From a virus (taxonomy: Duplodnaviria > Caudoviricetes), in IMG/VR virus record IMGVR_UViG_3300029705_000100, positions 8,043 to 72,042 of that record: 64,000 nt of DNA. One strand, 5' to 3'. The position numbers were made by a program, and so were the translations under genes. The notes under the pieces are model-generated. The model made no database searches, was not told the origin of the DNA, and saw only the letters and a program-made list of their open reading frames with translations. This document shows positions 20,725 through 33,228 of this stretch, in pieces (the stretch's first letter is position 1; every line of letters begins with the position of its first letter).

Positions 20725-21246
20725 TCATACAGCGAAATACAGAGAGGCCTTCACCCTCACGCTTTTCAGCAGGCGTGACATCTGTGCTTCCCCGGCGACG
20801 CCAACAAAAGGTATGATCTCACGGCTGCTGTAGCCATGCTGCTTCATTCGGCAGACGATCAATTCCTTTTCGTTGAGCGTACTTTCAAATTCCCGAAGAC
20901 TCAGTTCATTATCTGCCTCACAGGATAGGCGATCGTCGGATTGAATGGCGGCGTCCTCGTAATCGACACGCTGAATCTTCTTGATCTCGTTGCCGTAGCA
21001 GTATTTCGGAATCTTGACCAGAGACATGCTGCGGCACAGATCGCATAATGCGCCATGAATTGCGAATCTGCAGTGCGTGACGGTAGATTCATCGGGGATC
21101 TTCCGGAGGTGATTCAAGAAAACAAGTCTCGCCTCCTGCAGAAGATCATCCAAATCCAAACAGTCATGCGCGTGATGTGATGTGAAATCACGCACCTGAT
21201 GTTGAATGAACGGTTCATACTGAAAGAGAAATTCGGATTCTTGCAT
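20725..21246 (-). CDS. Sigma-70-like factor (regions 2 and 4)
   Basis: LDLDDLLQEARLVFL; C-terminal HTH GYSSREI...MSRLLK. Confidence 0.7.
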   Translation of the reverse strand: MQESEFLFQYEPFIQHQVRDFTSHHAHDCLDLDDLLQEARLVFLNHLRKIPDESTVTHCRFAIHGALCDLCRSMSLVKIPKYCYGNEIKKIQRVDYEDAAIQSDDRLSCEADNELSLREFESTLNEKELIVCRMKQHGYSSREIIPFVGVAGEAQMSRLLKSVRVKASLYFAV

Positions 21247-21296
21247 GGGAGTCTACTTCATTACTGCCTCCTGATTTTTCCGGATATGGGCGTCCG

Positions 21297-21671
21297 TCAG
21301 ATAGGCAGCTCGTCGTCGGACGAATGCGAAGCAGCAGCGGGCGTCATACTGTTCTTGCGGCTCGGAAATTCCACATGGTTGGCGCTGATCTGGACAGAAA
21401 CGCGGTTCTGTCCCTCGCGGTCTACATAGTTCCGCAGAGAAAGATCGCCATGGACCGTGACCTGATCTCCCTTATGGAGGTACTGCGCAACGTTCTCTGC
21501 CAGACGACGCCAGACGGTGACGCGGTAGAAAATGGGGATGTAATTGCCGCTTGCGTCTTTAGCCTTCGTATCGGATGCCAGAGTGAACGTGGTGCAGGGC
21601 GCATCGTTAATCGTGGAAAGGGTGGGGTCGGCGGTCAGACGGCCGGCGACAACAATCAGATTCTAACTCAT
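21297..21671 (-). CDS. ssb: Single-stranded DNA-binding protein; TAG at codon 3 (21663); missing from ORF track
   Basis: GGAGG RBS; MS*NLIVVAGRLTADP...FYRVTVWRRLAENVAQYLHKGDQVTVHGDL...acidic DDELPI tail. Confidence 0.92.
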
Positions 21672-21674
21672 GCG

Positions 21675-22685
21675 TTAATCCTCCATATCATCATTGGGCG
21701 TGCGATCGGGCACGTCCTTGAAACAGTCGTAAATTCTGCGCAGGGTAGCTTCATCGGTTACAGCGCGGTAATTGGCGGTACCGCCGGTAATCTGCTTGAT
21801 CTGCGCGGCAACAACTTCCTTGTCCTCTTTGCTCAGTCCGGCGCAGTACCTCTGCATAGTCTCCTCAACCAACGCAGTCAGCGGTACCTCTTCGTGGACA
21901 GGAGTAGGAGTGGATGCAGCAATGGGGGCGGGCACCTTCGGTTTTGCACCGGCCAGCCACTCATGGATGCGAGCGCCGGTATCGGGGGCGATCAGGAAAT
22001 ACTGCCCGTCGAACAGGCCGGTACGATCCTTGGTGGCAGCTGCCGCGTGCGACTGATCCAGTTCAAAGAAAATGGTGAATTCGTATTCCACGCCATCGCG
22101 GAACACGGGCGCCATGCCAATCTTCCGGGGCGTTTTCTTGCCGCTGCCATTATCCTCAATGACATACTCGGTCTTGGTTCTGAGCGTGACGGCGACGTGC
22201 ATTGCACACTGCAGGATACGGTCAACGAGACGATTGTGAAGGGGAGTGACTTCTCGCCAAGCGGTATAGGAGTTGCCGCTGCGCTTTGCAACATTGCCCT
22301 GAACGTCCAGCAGACCGCCTTCACCGGTCCATGCATGGGACAGCGAGTCGATGACCAGATACTCAACGCCTGCCTGCTCGGCCAGATCAATCGCTTCAAG
22401 ATAGCGGGCTGCGCTGTAAGGCGCTTCCAGATTGATGGTCAGGTATTCGCCGACGAGCGTACTGCCGACCTGCTTTCCGACATACAGAGAACCGGATTCA
22501 TTCTCCGTATCAATCAGGCAGATCTTCTCCCAGATTTGAGCGTCGGAGAGCTCCGGGTGTGCGGTTCGCACCTATCCGAAGCCGAGAAGCAGAGAACTGA
22601 GCGTTTTGCCGGAACCGGACGATCCTGCAAGGCCAATCTTCTACTTTGCCAGCGAACGCTGGGCTTTTCTGATTTGGATAGCCAT
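21675..22685 (-). CDS. AAA_24/Sak4-like recombination ATPase; TAGs at 22641 and 22572
   Basis: KAQRSLAK*KIGLAGSSGSGKTLSSLLLGFG*V, IDTENES, VIDSLSHAW, KDRTGLF. Confidence 0.9.
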
Positions 22686-22895
22686 GAAACATTCCTCCGT
22701 TATGAATAGTAGAGCTGCTGTTGATCCAGTGCCCTCTATACTGTAAGGGGCACATATTTGGAAGAAACTTACACAATATGTGAGTTTTCTTGCCGGAAAG
22801 CAGCATGCGCGTATTATATCAGATTGTAATATGCTGAACAATGACCCTTTTTCGGACAGGGAATAGACGAGAACGGACCATTTAGCTGTAAAGTA

Positions 22896-23813
22896 TCACT
22901 CATCAAAGAGGTAGGCATACCCCATACTGTTGACTACCTGTTGACGCTCTTCGTGGTTTGAATGCAGATATGTGTTAGTGATTGTGACGCTTGTATGTCC
23001 GGCGAGATCACGAGATACTGCTGCACCGCCAATAGGATTTCGGTCTATATCCGAGGTAAATGTATGGCGAAATCTGTGAATGCCGCTGGGAATGCCTACA
23101 CTATGTTGCTTGGACTGAAGGCTTTTCCACAGGGATACTCGGTTCATCCGATTACCTTTTTGAGAAACGAAAAGCGGTTCGTTGGGGTCGCATTTTCCAC
23201 GGAGCCAGAGGTATCGGTCGATATATGGCCAGACGAAGGACGCGACCTCGACGTTTGACCAACTGCCGCCCTTGCGCTTGCATCTGATTTGTCCATTTCG
23301 GATGTTAACGGCATCTACTACGTTGAGACTGCATAGTTCGGATGCTCGAAGGCCGCTGCCAAGCATAAGAGCGACTATAGCTGCGTCTCTGGTGTTATTG
23401 CGAGCATTGTCTGATACAGACAGCAGTTCCAGCAGTGCTTTTAATTGGTTAGAAGAGTATTCTTTCTCTTCGCCTTCATCTGCTTTCTTCTTTTCTTTGA
23501 TACAATGAAGCGCACGCGTTGGATCATCCGAGATTACACCTGCACTCAAAAGAAAACGGAAGAAATTTTTGAGGACAACAATGTAGTTGTTACGGGTCGC
23601 TGTCTTCAAACTGCGCTTGTACAGTTCCTGATAGTATTCAACCATTATTAGGCCGTTGATCATCTGTACGTCAGAATAGTTCAGCGATAGATGATACTTT
23701 TCATCCAGCCAATTATCGAAACGGTGCAGTATTTCACCATAATGACTAGTGGTTGTAGTGGCCTTTTCTTCTGCTGAAAGATGATTGATGAACAGATCAA
23801 TGAGTTGTGCCAT
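22896..23813 (-). CDS. Tyrosine recombinase/integrase (XerC/D-like); no in-frame TAG
   Basis: GLRASEL, KRKGG, HRFRH, LAGH, Y motifs. Confidence 0.92.
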   Translation of the reverse strand: MAQLIDLFINHLSAEEKATTTTSHYGEILHRFDNWLDEKYHLSLNYSDVQMINGLIMVEYYQELYKRSLKTATRNNYIVVLKNFFRFLLSAGVISDDPTRALHCIKEKKKADEGEEKEYSSNQLKALLELLSVSDNARNNTRDAAIVALMLGSGLRASELCSLNVVDAVNIRNGQIRCKRKGGSWSNVEVASFVWPYIDRYLWLRGKCDPNEPLFVSQKGNRMNRVSLWKSLQSKQHSVGIPSGIHRFRHTFTSDIDRNPIGGAAVSRDLAGHTSVTITNTYLHSNHEERQQVVNSMGYAYLFDE

Positions 23814-23963
23814 TTGTTATCGCCTCTCTGATTTAGTCAAGTTACTATACAGTCTCCTTCTTCTGAGATTCGCTGTTTCCATTGCAATCGCAACGTTCGC
23901 CAGGATCCAGATTTGCTCCGCAAAATGGGCAGGTGTAGTAATATTTCGTTCGTTGCATTTTGC

Positions 23964-24296
23964 TTAATCCTCCTGATTAGAGATCGCCAGATGACTACGG
24001 CGCTGAAGATCATGAATGTATTGAAGAAGATCAGTCGCTCCCTGTTTATATGCTTCGAGGGCTAAATCGGAAAAATAAGTATGAGATAGGGCGATAAGTT
24101 CACTAACGACTTCTTCGATCGCGGGAGAGGAGTTTTCAAGTGAATCAAGAAAACTGTGGTACTCCTCGTAGTGTTTTCTATAGTAGGGATATTGATCGAG
24201 ATTATGTTCAACTTCCATTTGGAGTTGCTCGAAGCGATTACCCCATACGTCATCGAGTGCGAGAAATTGATCCAGCGGCATAAGATAGTGTTTCAT
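23964..24296 (-). CDS. Hypothetical protein
   Basis: AGGAG RBS, MKHYLMPLDQF. Confidence 0.55.
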   Translation of the reverse strand: MKHYLMPLDQFLALDDVWGNRFEQLQMEVEHNLDQYPYYRKHYEEYHSFLDSLENSSPAIEEVVSELIALSHTYFSDLALEAYKQGATDLLQYIHDLQRRSHLAISNQED

Positions 24297-24309
24297 ATTG
24301 CAAGCTCCT

Positions 24310-24924
24310 TTAGTGTTCAGTAAATACAACAGCCTCGCCAGGCTGCAGATCCCAACAGGACATACCGGTTGCGACGCAGTTACCGCAATAGGAAGGACAC
24401 TCCCGGGCATGATCAGGAAGATTGCTGTTCTCTTTAAGGAATCGGATATATGCAATGGGCAGATTATGAGGATTGTCGGGCAGGAAGATGCCCCACGCGC
24501 TGAGAACGATGGTCAGATTTGCCGGGAACATGCCATTGGCATCAAGCCATTCGTTGACAAGTTCATACTTCTTCGTGAAGGCCAGAAAGCGGGTGCTCGG
24601 CTTGTCTTTAGCAACGCGCACCATCATATCCAGATAGGCAGCATTCGGAATGTCTCCGGCAGAGTGCCAGCGGAAGTAACCATGGAAGAAGGCGGCAATG
24701 CCTACCTCGTATTCATACTGCTCGGGATTTGCCAACCACATCTCCAGATTGTTCTGCAGGTGCGCCTTGTTCTGCTGGAAGCAGAAGCGCCCGCGTCGCG
24801 CGTAGCACTTTTTGAAACATGGAGCGTCCGGGCGACAAGTACCACCGACTGGAAGACTGACAGAGGGAATATCCACGCCCAGCTTCGAGACGTGATAAGA
24901 AATATGTACATGATCAGGGGTCAT
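24310..24924 (-). CDS. GP88-family (radical-SAM-like Cys-rich) phage protein
   Basis: TC...PCFKKCYA, YFRWHSAGDI, FLAFTKK, C-terminal CxxxCxxC...C...VVFTEH. Confidence 0.7.
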   Translation of the reverse strand: MTPDHVHISYHVSKLGVDIPSVSLPVGGTCRPDAPCFKKCYARRGRFCFQQNKAHLQNNLEMWLANPEQYEYEVGIAAFFHGYFRWHSAGDIPNAAYLDMMVRVAKDKPSTRFLAFTKKYELVNEWLDANGMFPANLTIVLSAWGIFLPDNPHNLPIAYIRFLKENSNLPDHARECPSYCGNCVATGMSCWDLQPGEAVVFTEH

Positions 24925-24945
24925 GAGAGCCTCCTTTTTCCATTG

Positions 24946-24985
24946 AAAAAAGAGCAGCCTCATGCTATAATGAAGCTGCTCTCTT
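24946..24985 (-). terminator. Rho-independent terminator after ardC-like gene
   Basis: AGAGCAGCTTCAT/ATGAGGCTGCTCT stem followed by T-run. Confidence 0.65.
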
Positions 24986-25050
24986 ATGGGGTTGGCTAAT
25001 GTAGCCGGGAGCGTATGGCTGAACGAAGTTCGTACCTTCGTTCAGCCTTT

Positions 25051-25932
25051 TTATGCAGTTGTAGGCATATTGTCGGCAGACTGTTCGATATTCAGAATGA
25101 GTTTCACGGCCTTTTCGGCTTTGCCTGCCGCAGATACGATCATCTTGTTGTCGTCCCGCAGGGCATGAAGCCAGCTCTGAATGTATGCGGCGGAGTTCTT
25201 GAAGCTGCCATTGGTTTCGATACCCAGTTCGTTCATCAGGATGGCTGCGCCCATCTCAGCAACCAGTTCTTCCTTGGAGTAATTCTCGCTGCCGAACCAC
25301 GCCGGAGAGGACAGGCGATCCAGACGGCTCTTGTGTCCCGTGGAGTGAGTCGCCTCATGAAATGCGGTGGAGTAGTATTCCGCAATCTGCGGGAACTGCT
25401 CCCGTAGTGGCAGATGGATTTCGTCAGTGGAGGGGCGGTAGAATGCTTCGTTCTGCTTCTCATGAATGATGCGGCAGCCAGAACGCTGGCTGTAATCCGC
25501 GAGGATCGTTTCTGCCTCTGCAATGGGATCAGCAGGCTTCAGGTCTTCGGAAGTGAACCGCGGCTTCAGATTCTCGCACTGATCGATATGAAAGACATTG
25601 TAGTATTTCAGGAGCGGAATCGTCTTCTTGACGGGCTTGCCCTCCTTGTCCTTCTCCACAACGTCCAGCGGCTTCCAGAATACGACGATCTGTGCCTTTT
25701 CGCCCTTACGGATAACTCCGCCTACTTCGGTCGCCTGCTTGAAGGTCACATACTCGCCGGGTTTGGAAAGCAGCATCTGATTGAGGAAGGAATAGGGTCT
25801 GCCGGTGACGCGGCTGTAAGCTCCAGTTCGCACGCCCGTCCACGGACGTACCCACGGAATGATGCCCTTCTCCAGTTCGGCAATGATGCGGTCGGTGACG
25901 ATCTGATAGACGTTGATAGCCATGTCATGCAC
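25051..25932 (-). CDS. ardC: ArdC-like ssDNA-binding antirestriction protein (DUF1738 + metallopeptidase-like domain)
   Basis: VYQIVTDRIIAELEKGIIPWVRPW, Y.TFKQA...IRKGEKA, YYSTAFHEATHSTGH, YSKEELVAEMGAA. Confidence 0.88.
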   Translation of the reverse strand: MHDMAINVYQIVTDRIIAELEKGIIPWVRPWTGVRTGAYSRVTGRPYSFLNQMLLSKPGEYVTFKQATEVGGVIRKGEKAQIVVFWKPLDVVEKDKEGKPVKKTIPLLKYYNVFHIDQCENLKPRFTSEDLKPADPIAEAETILADYSQRSGCRIIHEKQNEAFYRPSTDEIHLPLREQFPQIAEYYSTAFHEATHSTGHKSRLDRLSSPAWFGSENYSKEELVAEMGAAILMNELGIETNGSFKNSAAYIQSWLHALRDDNKMIVSAAGKAEKAVKLILNIEQSADNMPTTA

Positions 25933-25992
25933 TCCTTTCGTAGTCGAAAAAAGCTGCCGGCTGTTCAGCAGCTTGAGAGAACGCTTGTGTAT

Positions 25993-28900
25993 TTATGTTT
26001 CGTTGATCATCAGCAGGATGATCTGCTGTCCATCCATATCCTCGAACTCGACATTGAGAGAGGTTACAGGGAGTTTACCAACAGAGGCGACAGCTTTGGG
26101 ATTCTCACGATAAAATCGCGGATCGGGGATGAAAAACACACTGCTCGGACTCGTTTTAATATTGATCTGAATGGTAGAATCAGCGGGGAAAAGAGAGAGC
26201 AGTTCGCCTACAGTCATGATCTAACCTCCTCGTTATGAATGTCAGTGAGCGAATCGTATTCCGCATTACACTTGGTGCAGGTGTATTGCCCGTAAGGCCG
26301 ATCAGAATCGTAGATGGCTGCGGCAATGTCCTCCAGATTACTATGAAATTCGCCGCCTTCATCGACGATCACTTCAAGGTAGACACGCTGATGGGCATAG
26401 AACCTGTTGTTTCCACATTTGCAGCGCATGAAGTTTCCTCCTCATCTTCGGGCGGCGGCAGATAGACGTCATTGAGTGTGACACCGCGATTCATTGCTTC
26501 TTCCCAAAAGGATTCATGATTTTCGCAGATGTAATCGAAGATCCCTTCGGGCGTCAGGCCGGCTTCGATCATCGCATCTACGGAATCGAAGCAGTTGTTG
26601 TAATCGCCGCCGTAATCATCGTAGATACGGTAGCCGATGGTGGGTTCATCGGACGGTTGCCGTCCTGATCGAGGTTCTGGAACCTTGTAAATTGGACGCA
26701 TACCATGTTGCTCATTTCATCACTCCTTAGACATGGAAGGCATGGTCGGGCTGGATGATGCGGTAGGATACAGAACGGTGTGCGTTCATCACATCTTCCA
26801 CCAGTTTTTCAAAGCCATATTCGTTCATGGATTCCAGATAGGAGGAGATGCTGTCCTCGATTTCCTCTAGTTCATTTGGATCGAGTTTCCCGTGAACGAG
26901 GACATACACCGACTGGTTATCCGGCTCGTCTTCGACAGGATCAAAGTGGAATTCAATCAGCGACGAATCCAGCAGGCGATCCATGGCGGCGGCAAGAGCG
27001 GCAGACATGGGATTGCTGCGACCGGCATGTTCATAGTTCTTGATGGTATAGTAGTCTCCGGTGCCCCAGATCAGCGTGCCACACTCGATTTCCGGTCGAT
27101 GGCAGACCACATAATTGGTCGGTTGATCGGACTCTCCGTACTGCAGAATGAGGATAGCATCCTCGTGTGCGGCAAGACAGAACATCCGGCAACCGTCACG
27201 CGTAAAGGTCCGCCCAACGTAATGCTGATAGGGCGACTGATTGCGGACAGCAGGGATGACGCTTACTTGTTTGCCGGTGCTGTGGGAAAGCAGGCGATCG
27301 CGCCAGAACCCGGCCATATGAGCGTCTCCCTTCTTCAGGGCAATGGACATCATGGCATTGTTGATGGTGTAATCGCAGTTCTGTTCGGCGTATCCCGGCG
27401 CACAGGTTTTCTGAAGTTCTCCGCGGGTTTCATAACCCTGATAGCGGAACCAGATCTGAACATGGCTGCTGTTGGAGCGGTCTTTGGTCTGAGTGATCTC
27501 AAGACCATCAGGCAGACGCGTTTTTAGAATATCAAGCATGGTTTTCATAGGTAGCCTCCTTTGTTACTCAGCCGCCGTTTTCGACGGACTGATAGTCGAT
27601 TTCAACCGGGTCATCCGACAGGATGGCCACATACTTCGTAAGAATCTCGTCAATCCTCTCTTCAGTCAATGCTCCCTCTGCTTCGGGAAGATTCCACGGA
27701 TACGAGGGCTGATAGATCAGGAACTGATCGCCCTCAAAGTTGGTACAGGCAGAGAAGACGACGCCTTCCGCTTCTTCAATCACCTCCGCGAGGATGGCGG
27801 CGAGTCCGCAGATGCAGACGTCATCGTAGGCCAGATAGTCCTCATAGGTCGGTTCGGTAATATCGTGCTTGGCAAGCCAATCCTCGATCACAGTTTTGAA
27901 ATGCGGCGCATGTTCCAGCAGAGCATTCAGCTGGTCAACCGACGCATCAGGGATGGCGGAGGCGTTGATGCCGTAGCCGTAGTTGTGCCATGTTTTGTAA
28001 CCCATGTATGATTCCTTCCATTACATAGTAATTCACTCAATCTCAATAACACCGGCGATGGGCACATATTCCCATGTGGAGTGGAGCGCCTGTGAAGCAC
28101 GGGTCAGAATATCATCCATCCACGACAGACGGTCTTCGTCTTCCTTGATGGGCATTTCCTTCTGTGCCGTAAGGATCGCATGCAGCACCTCTTCCTGCGC
28201 CATACCGGGCGGACAGTCAAAGCACGCCGTATCGACGATGGAGGACTCCTGCTCACGATAGTATATCTGCACATAAACCGGATTGCTTTCGTACAAGCGC
28301 TTGACTCCGCCGTGACCGATCTCAAAGAGTTCGTCGCAGCTGATATCATCCAAGGAAAGCAGATGGAGAGGCGGCTCAGGTTCGGTAGCGGCGATGGAGG
28401 AATGGAAACAGCGCTGCATGGCATCACAGGACTGCTTGAAATCATCATAGCTCTGCACACCGCAGAACAGGTTTTTCATTTCGACCCATGTGAGGTCGCA
28501 GGTATCGGCGGAACCAATATGCTGGAATTCGTCATGGTCGCCGTTGATTTCGGGCGTGATCCAGAACCCGATTCCTCCGCTTGGCCTGAAAATGATGCGT
28601 CGTCTGGTCATCAGGCAGTGCCTCCTTCCGGTCTCAGAAAATCGAAGATGGTATAGTTTTCGCCGAGCTTCTCGCAGATGCGATAATGGGAGCCAAATTC
28701 CGCATTCCAGTCCTCGCGGACGGCGTTGTCCAAGAGCTTCTGCATTTCGCTTTCCGGGAGTTCGGAGCGTGCCTCGATGGAGAATCGCAGTTCGTCCCCG
28801 CCGTAGCTGTAATCGTGCGGAGAATAGATGGAAACGCTGTCAAGTATCAGAACGCCGCCACAAAAAGCGAACGCCCGTTCTGCTTTCTCGCTGAGCAGAG

Positions 28901-31900
28901 GAATGGCGATTTCCTGAATCTTTTTGCGGTATGCGTCGATATCGAAGCGATCCCAGATCGCTTTTTCTTCTTCATCGGTATAGTTTTCTGCATCGACATT
29001 CAGGGAAAAGTCAGGCTCCAGAAGCGTATTGTACATATTGACGTCAACTCCGCCCCGCAGAGAGTAGCGACGCGTAGGGATACTCTTGCTCATACCGGTC
29101 ACCTCACACCAGTTCGGTTCCGCCATTGGCGAGACTGTTGAAGTATTCATCCAGCTCTACAGGAGCGATAGTGCGATCGTCCGTGGGCTCGTCATCCTGG
29201 CAGTCGGCATACAGCCGCAGCTTCAGCGCAGGTGCGTTTCCGTGCCGGTCAACCTCCACCCATGCCAGGAGAATCGAGCGATCACCGCGATCGAGGCAGA
29301 TGTCGATGCCCGGATATTCTGGATCATTGCGGACATGAGCGCTCAGCGTGCCGAGGGGAGTCCTGATTTTCGTTCTTCCCATAGTAAGCCTCCTGTCAGT
29401 CGTTGTAATGGTCGATGAAGCTGATGCATTCATCCAGATCGTCCGAATCCCATTCGGCTGCGTCCATGGCGTCGGGCGATTCGCCCGGCAGATAGACTTC
29501 ATACCGGGGGATGATGCAGCCCAGCTTGTCCAATGTGCGGCGCAGCTCCTGATCGCTGTGTTCATAGATGCCAAAGCCCCGATGGGTTTTGATTTTCTTC
29601 ATCGGCAATCCTCCTCAGGCTACCCAGCCGAAGGCTTTCCGCAGATGCGGTGCGCGCCGGTTATAGGGTTTGGCCAGCGTCTCGCAGATGGTCTGCCAGT
29701 CGAGATTGTCGCCGTGATTCTCATACCATGCCCTGCCGCGCTCAGAGAGACGATAGACGTCGAAATGATTCCGGCCATCGTGATGGACACAGGTGGCGTG
29801 TACGCTGCCGCGCTCTGTCTCTTCGATGGTCACATAGTCCATATTACTGATGATCTCAGACACAGCCTGTCGGAGCGTATCAAAAACCTTTCCTCCGGGG
29901 AAGCGGCCGCGCCATGTTCCGATATCGGCGATGACCAGCCAAGGTCCATCGGAAACGCGTTCCACATCATGCCAAAATTCGGAGCCGTTGATCTCCATGA
30001 CGTCATAGATCCAGCGCCAGATCATATCCTCGGTGATCTCGCCCTCTTCGTAATCTTCAAGCAGCGCTTCACGGGCAGACTCCTCGGCAGCGTCGTAGCT
30101 GCCGAAGGAGACGTCGATTTCATTGGTGTGGATAATATGTGTTCTCACTTGGATTCCTCCTTGGGAGTGAACTTGTGTACAAGCGGCTTCTGTTCAATGG
30201 AAATCTTGTAGTGATTCCCAAGGTAGTCGCCGTCCAGCCAGCATTCATAGCTGTTTTCGCTGGTGACGAGCTGGAAATCAGTCTTGTCCTTCCATCGGGG
30301 AATACACCCTTCCGTAGCTTCGGTACTGAGCTTGGAGTGGAGCACTGCGACTGCGTCTTCCCGACTGACGAACAGGGACTCATCGTGTCCGGTTTCATCA
30401 TCAACTGCCCAGTCTTCGATGACTGCCCATACATGCGTTGCCGGATTTGCCGCATTCGGGTCAATAGACGGCTCCAGCATCTCGGGAGCCATGATGACCA
30501 TATCCAGCGAGAGTTCATCCAGCTTCTTGGGCTGTCCGTAGAGGGAGGAAAAGCGAGCTTCCAGCTCACGGACCTCGCAGGGCAGCACCGGAACATCAAA
30601 CTGACAGTAAATGTCGGGGGTATCGTTTTCGGTCTCGCGGTTATCATCGGTGCGGATTTCTGTGACTACGCCGTACAGACCGGCAAAATCGCTGGTATTG
30701 TTTGCATGGACGTACATACCGACAAAGTAGAAGATGCCATCGACGGTAATGCCGGAGCTGGTTCTTGTGTATATCATAGGTCAGACCTCCTTCTGCAATT
30801 CAGGGGCGTCATAGAAGATTCGCTGCGGAGTGTCATAGACAATGTGCCCATCCAATACTTCACAGTCATCTCTGCGGAAATGAATCTGCTGATACCAGTC
30901 CTCGTCCTCATTGTGGCAAAAGAGCTGGAACATACAGTCGGGGCTTGCTTTGGCATAGTCTCCAATGATGTCGATAATATTGGAGTAGCCGTTGTTGTAG
31001 GTGGTCAGGAACTGAGCAACACACTCGCCATCAGGGGCGTCGCCATGCCATTCGGTGACTTCATCATCGAGCGCATTGCGAAGATCGTAAGCCTTTTCTT
31101 CAGAGATGGGAGCTCCGGTGGCATTCTTTCCATGCAGCGACCACTGGATATATGTGCTCATGTATTTCCCTCCAGTTCACCATCTGTATTGCTGAGCTGT
31201 CTGCAGATGGCGGCAGCCTCCAGCAGCATGGAGCACAGCCCGTTTGCATAGTAGCGGAAGTCCTCCTCAAAGACGGTACAGGCGTCTTCAGTAAGCAGGC
31301 AGGCTTCGTCCGGCTTCAGGATTTCTCCTTCTTCCCGTTCCATCTCGTCATAGGGGATCCAGAGAATGCCCTCACGAACGGGCGTGATAAAACCACCTGC
31401 GGAGTTACCTTCGCTGATGGGATAGCGCCAGATCAGCTCGTTCTGATAGGTCTCCATCTGCTCCTCACGCAGATCGGCCAGAGCGCGGTCGGTTCCTCCG
31501 TCAGCGCGAATGCGTGCAAGGAGATCGTCTTTACACGGCAGTGTAGCGGGGTCCAGATTCATGTTCATGTATTTCCACATAGGAGTTCCTTTCTGCCGTG
31601 TCAGGCGGCGACGTTCTCTTTTGTAGGAATTGGCAGCGGATTATCTTCATAGCAGCAGTACCAGTTCCACAGATTTTCCTCGGTATCAAAGTCGGGCAGA
31701 TGATCGAAGAAATGAATATCATCATAGCCGGGAATGGTCAGCCTCATTTCTTCGTCCAGATAACTCAGATAGCTGTCGAAGAAATCGCAGACAACATGCG
31801 GATCAATACCAAAGGTGTTTATGTGGTCGGCTATGAACAGCGAATTGAGGATGATTTCCTTTCGCAGACTCCAGAGCATCTCACTTGTCATAGTGAACCA

Positions 31901-33228
31901 TCTCCTGATTGGCGTAGCAGTGGATATAGCAATCGTAGTTGCCACGGGAAGGTGCGCAGCGGATATAGTAGACGTACTTTTCGGTCTGCATCCTGTAGCC
32001 GACCACCTTCAGATAGCTGTCCTCCAGCAGCAGGCCGGGGTGTTCGCGCAGATACTGGCGCATTCCTTCACGGGAGCTGAGCAGATCGGTGCGCAGACAC
32101 TCCATCAGCACATGCAGTTCTGCTCTGAACTCGGGCGTGTTGAGCTCTCCGGAATCACCGGGAAACCATGAATGCCAGAACTCCTCACCGCTGCTGCCAA
32201 AATCGGCGCGGATATGACCGATGCGCGGCAGCGTCGTGCTCTCGCCGGAATAGAAAAACGCCTTTTCATCGGGCAGTGCAGCCTTCAAAGGGAAATCAAA
32301 CAGCATATCAGTTCCTCCTGTATACGTTCTTCATGTCGGACTGAGCGGCGCGTTCCTCAGCTTCATCCAGTTCACGCTCCATTTCGCGATCACCGTAGTC
32401 AGCGATCATGATCTTGGTGTAGGGATTCGTGGACAAAACAGCGTCCACATGACCGTCGCGTATGACGATGATGATCTCAGATGCGGCACGTTTGTCCAGT
32501 TGCATTTTCAGATACCGTCCAGCCATTATCCGGGGTTCAACATGCGGCGCAAGTTGATTGGAGCGAAGGCGTTGAATGGTTGTATTGTACAAGGTGCGAA
32601 AGCGATCATCCTTCCATTGATCAGGATCGCGCTTGTACATCAGCGTATCGCGGATGCATTCGCGTGAAAGATCAGGCAATGGCATGACAGTTCCTCCCTC
32701 CGCCTAAAGTGTTGTAGTTGAAAGAATTTGATATGGTGACCACCTACCACAAATGCCGCAAAGCGTAGTGCCTTTTCCATCATGCTCGATACGCGCTTGC
32801 GTTGCAAGAAAGGGCGTGCCACAGCATTCCGTACAGGCAGTTACAACAGATATTCCGTGCAGTGCATCGGGACGATACTTTTGGCTGAAGGGAATGAAAT
32901 CGACCCATAACGGATTGTCGAAGATTCGCATGGAATGCAGCACAATAACCTCCTGTTCAAATTCAGCCTTGCCCTGATGGATAAAGGTGTGTTCCCTGAT
33001 CCACGCTGCCAGCTGATGATGAAGCGAGTCCTCTTCACTGCGATAAATGAGCTCTTTCATCAGCCTTTGCCATTCGGAACGCTCTATGTCGCCAAGAGCA
33101 CACATCACACCGTGGCGGTATCCGTAGACTTTGTTTCGACCTTCTCCGGATAGAAGAACCGAACGCCCGGTTCCGTAATGACATCTGAGGTCTTCAAAAG
33201 TTGGAAGATTGTCATTCCTCGGGTTCAT
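25993..33228 (-). CDS. Dense run of ~17 small co-oriented early hypothetical genes (25993-26217, 26214-26429, 26369-26715 frameshifted, 26727-27548, 27568-28005, 28033-28611, 28611-29093, 29104-29382, 29396-29608, 29615-30148, 30145-30777, 30781-31161, 31158-31580, 31601-31891, 31881-32306, 32308-32685, 32704-33228)
   Basis: Abutting or overlapping ORFs with GGAGG RBSs; no family confidently assignable; no internal TAG needed to read them. Confidence 0.75.
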
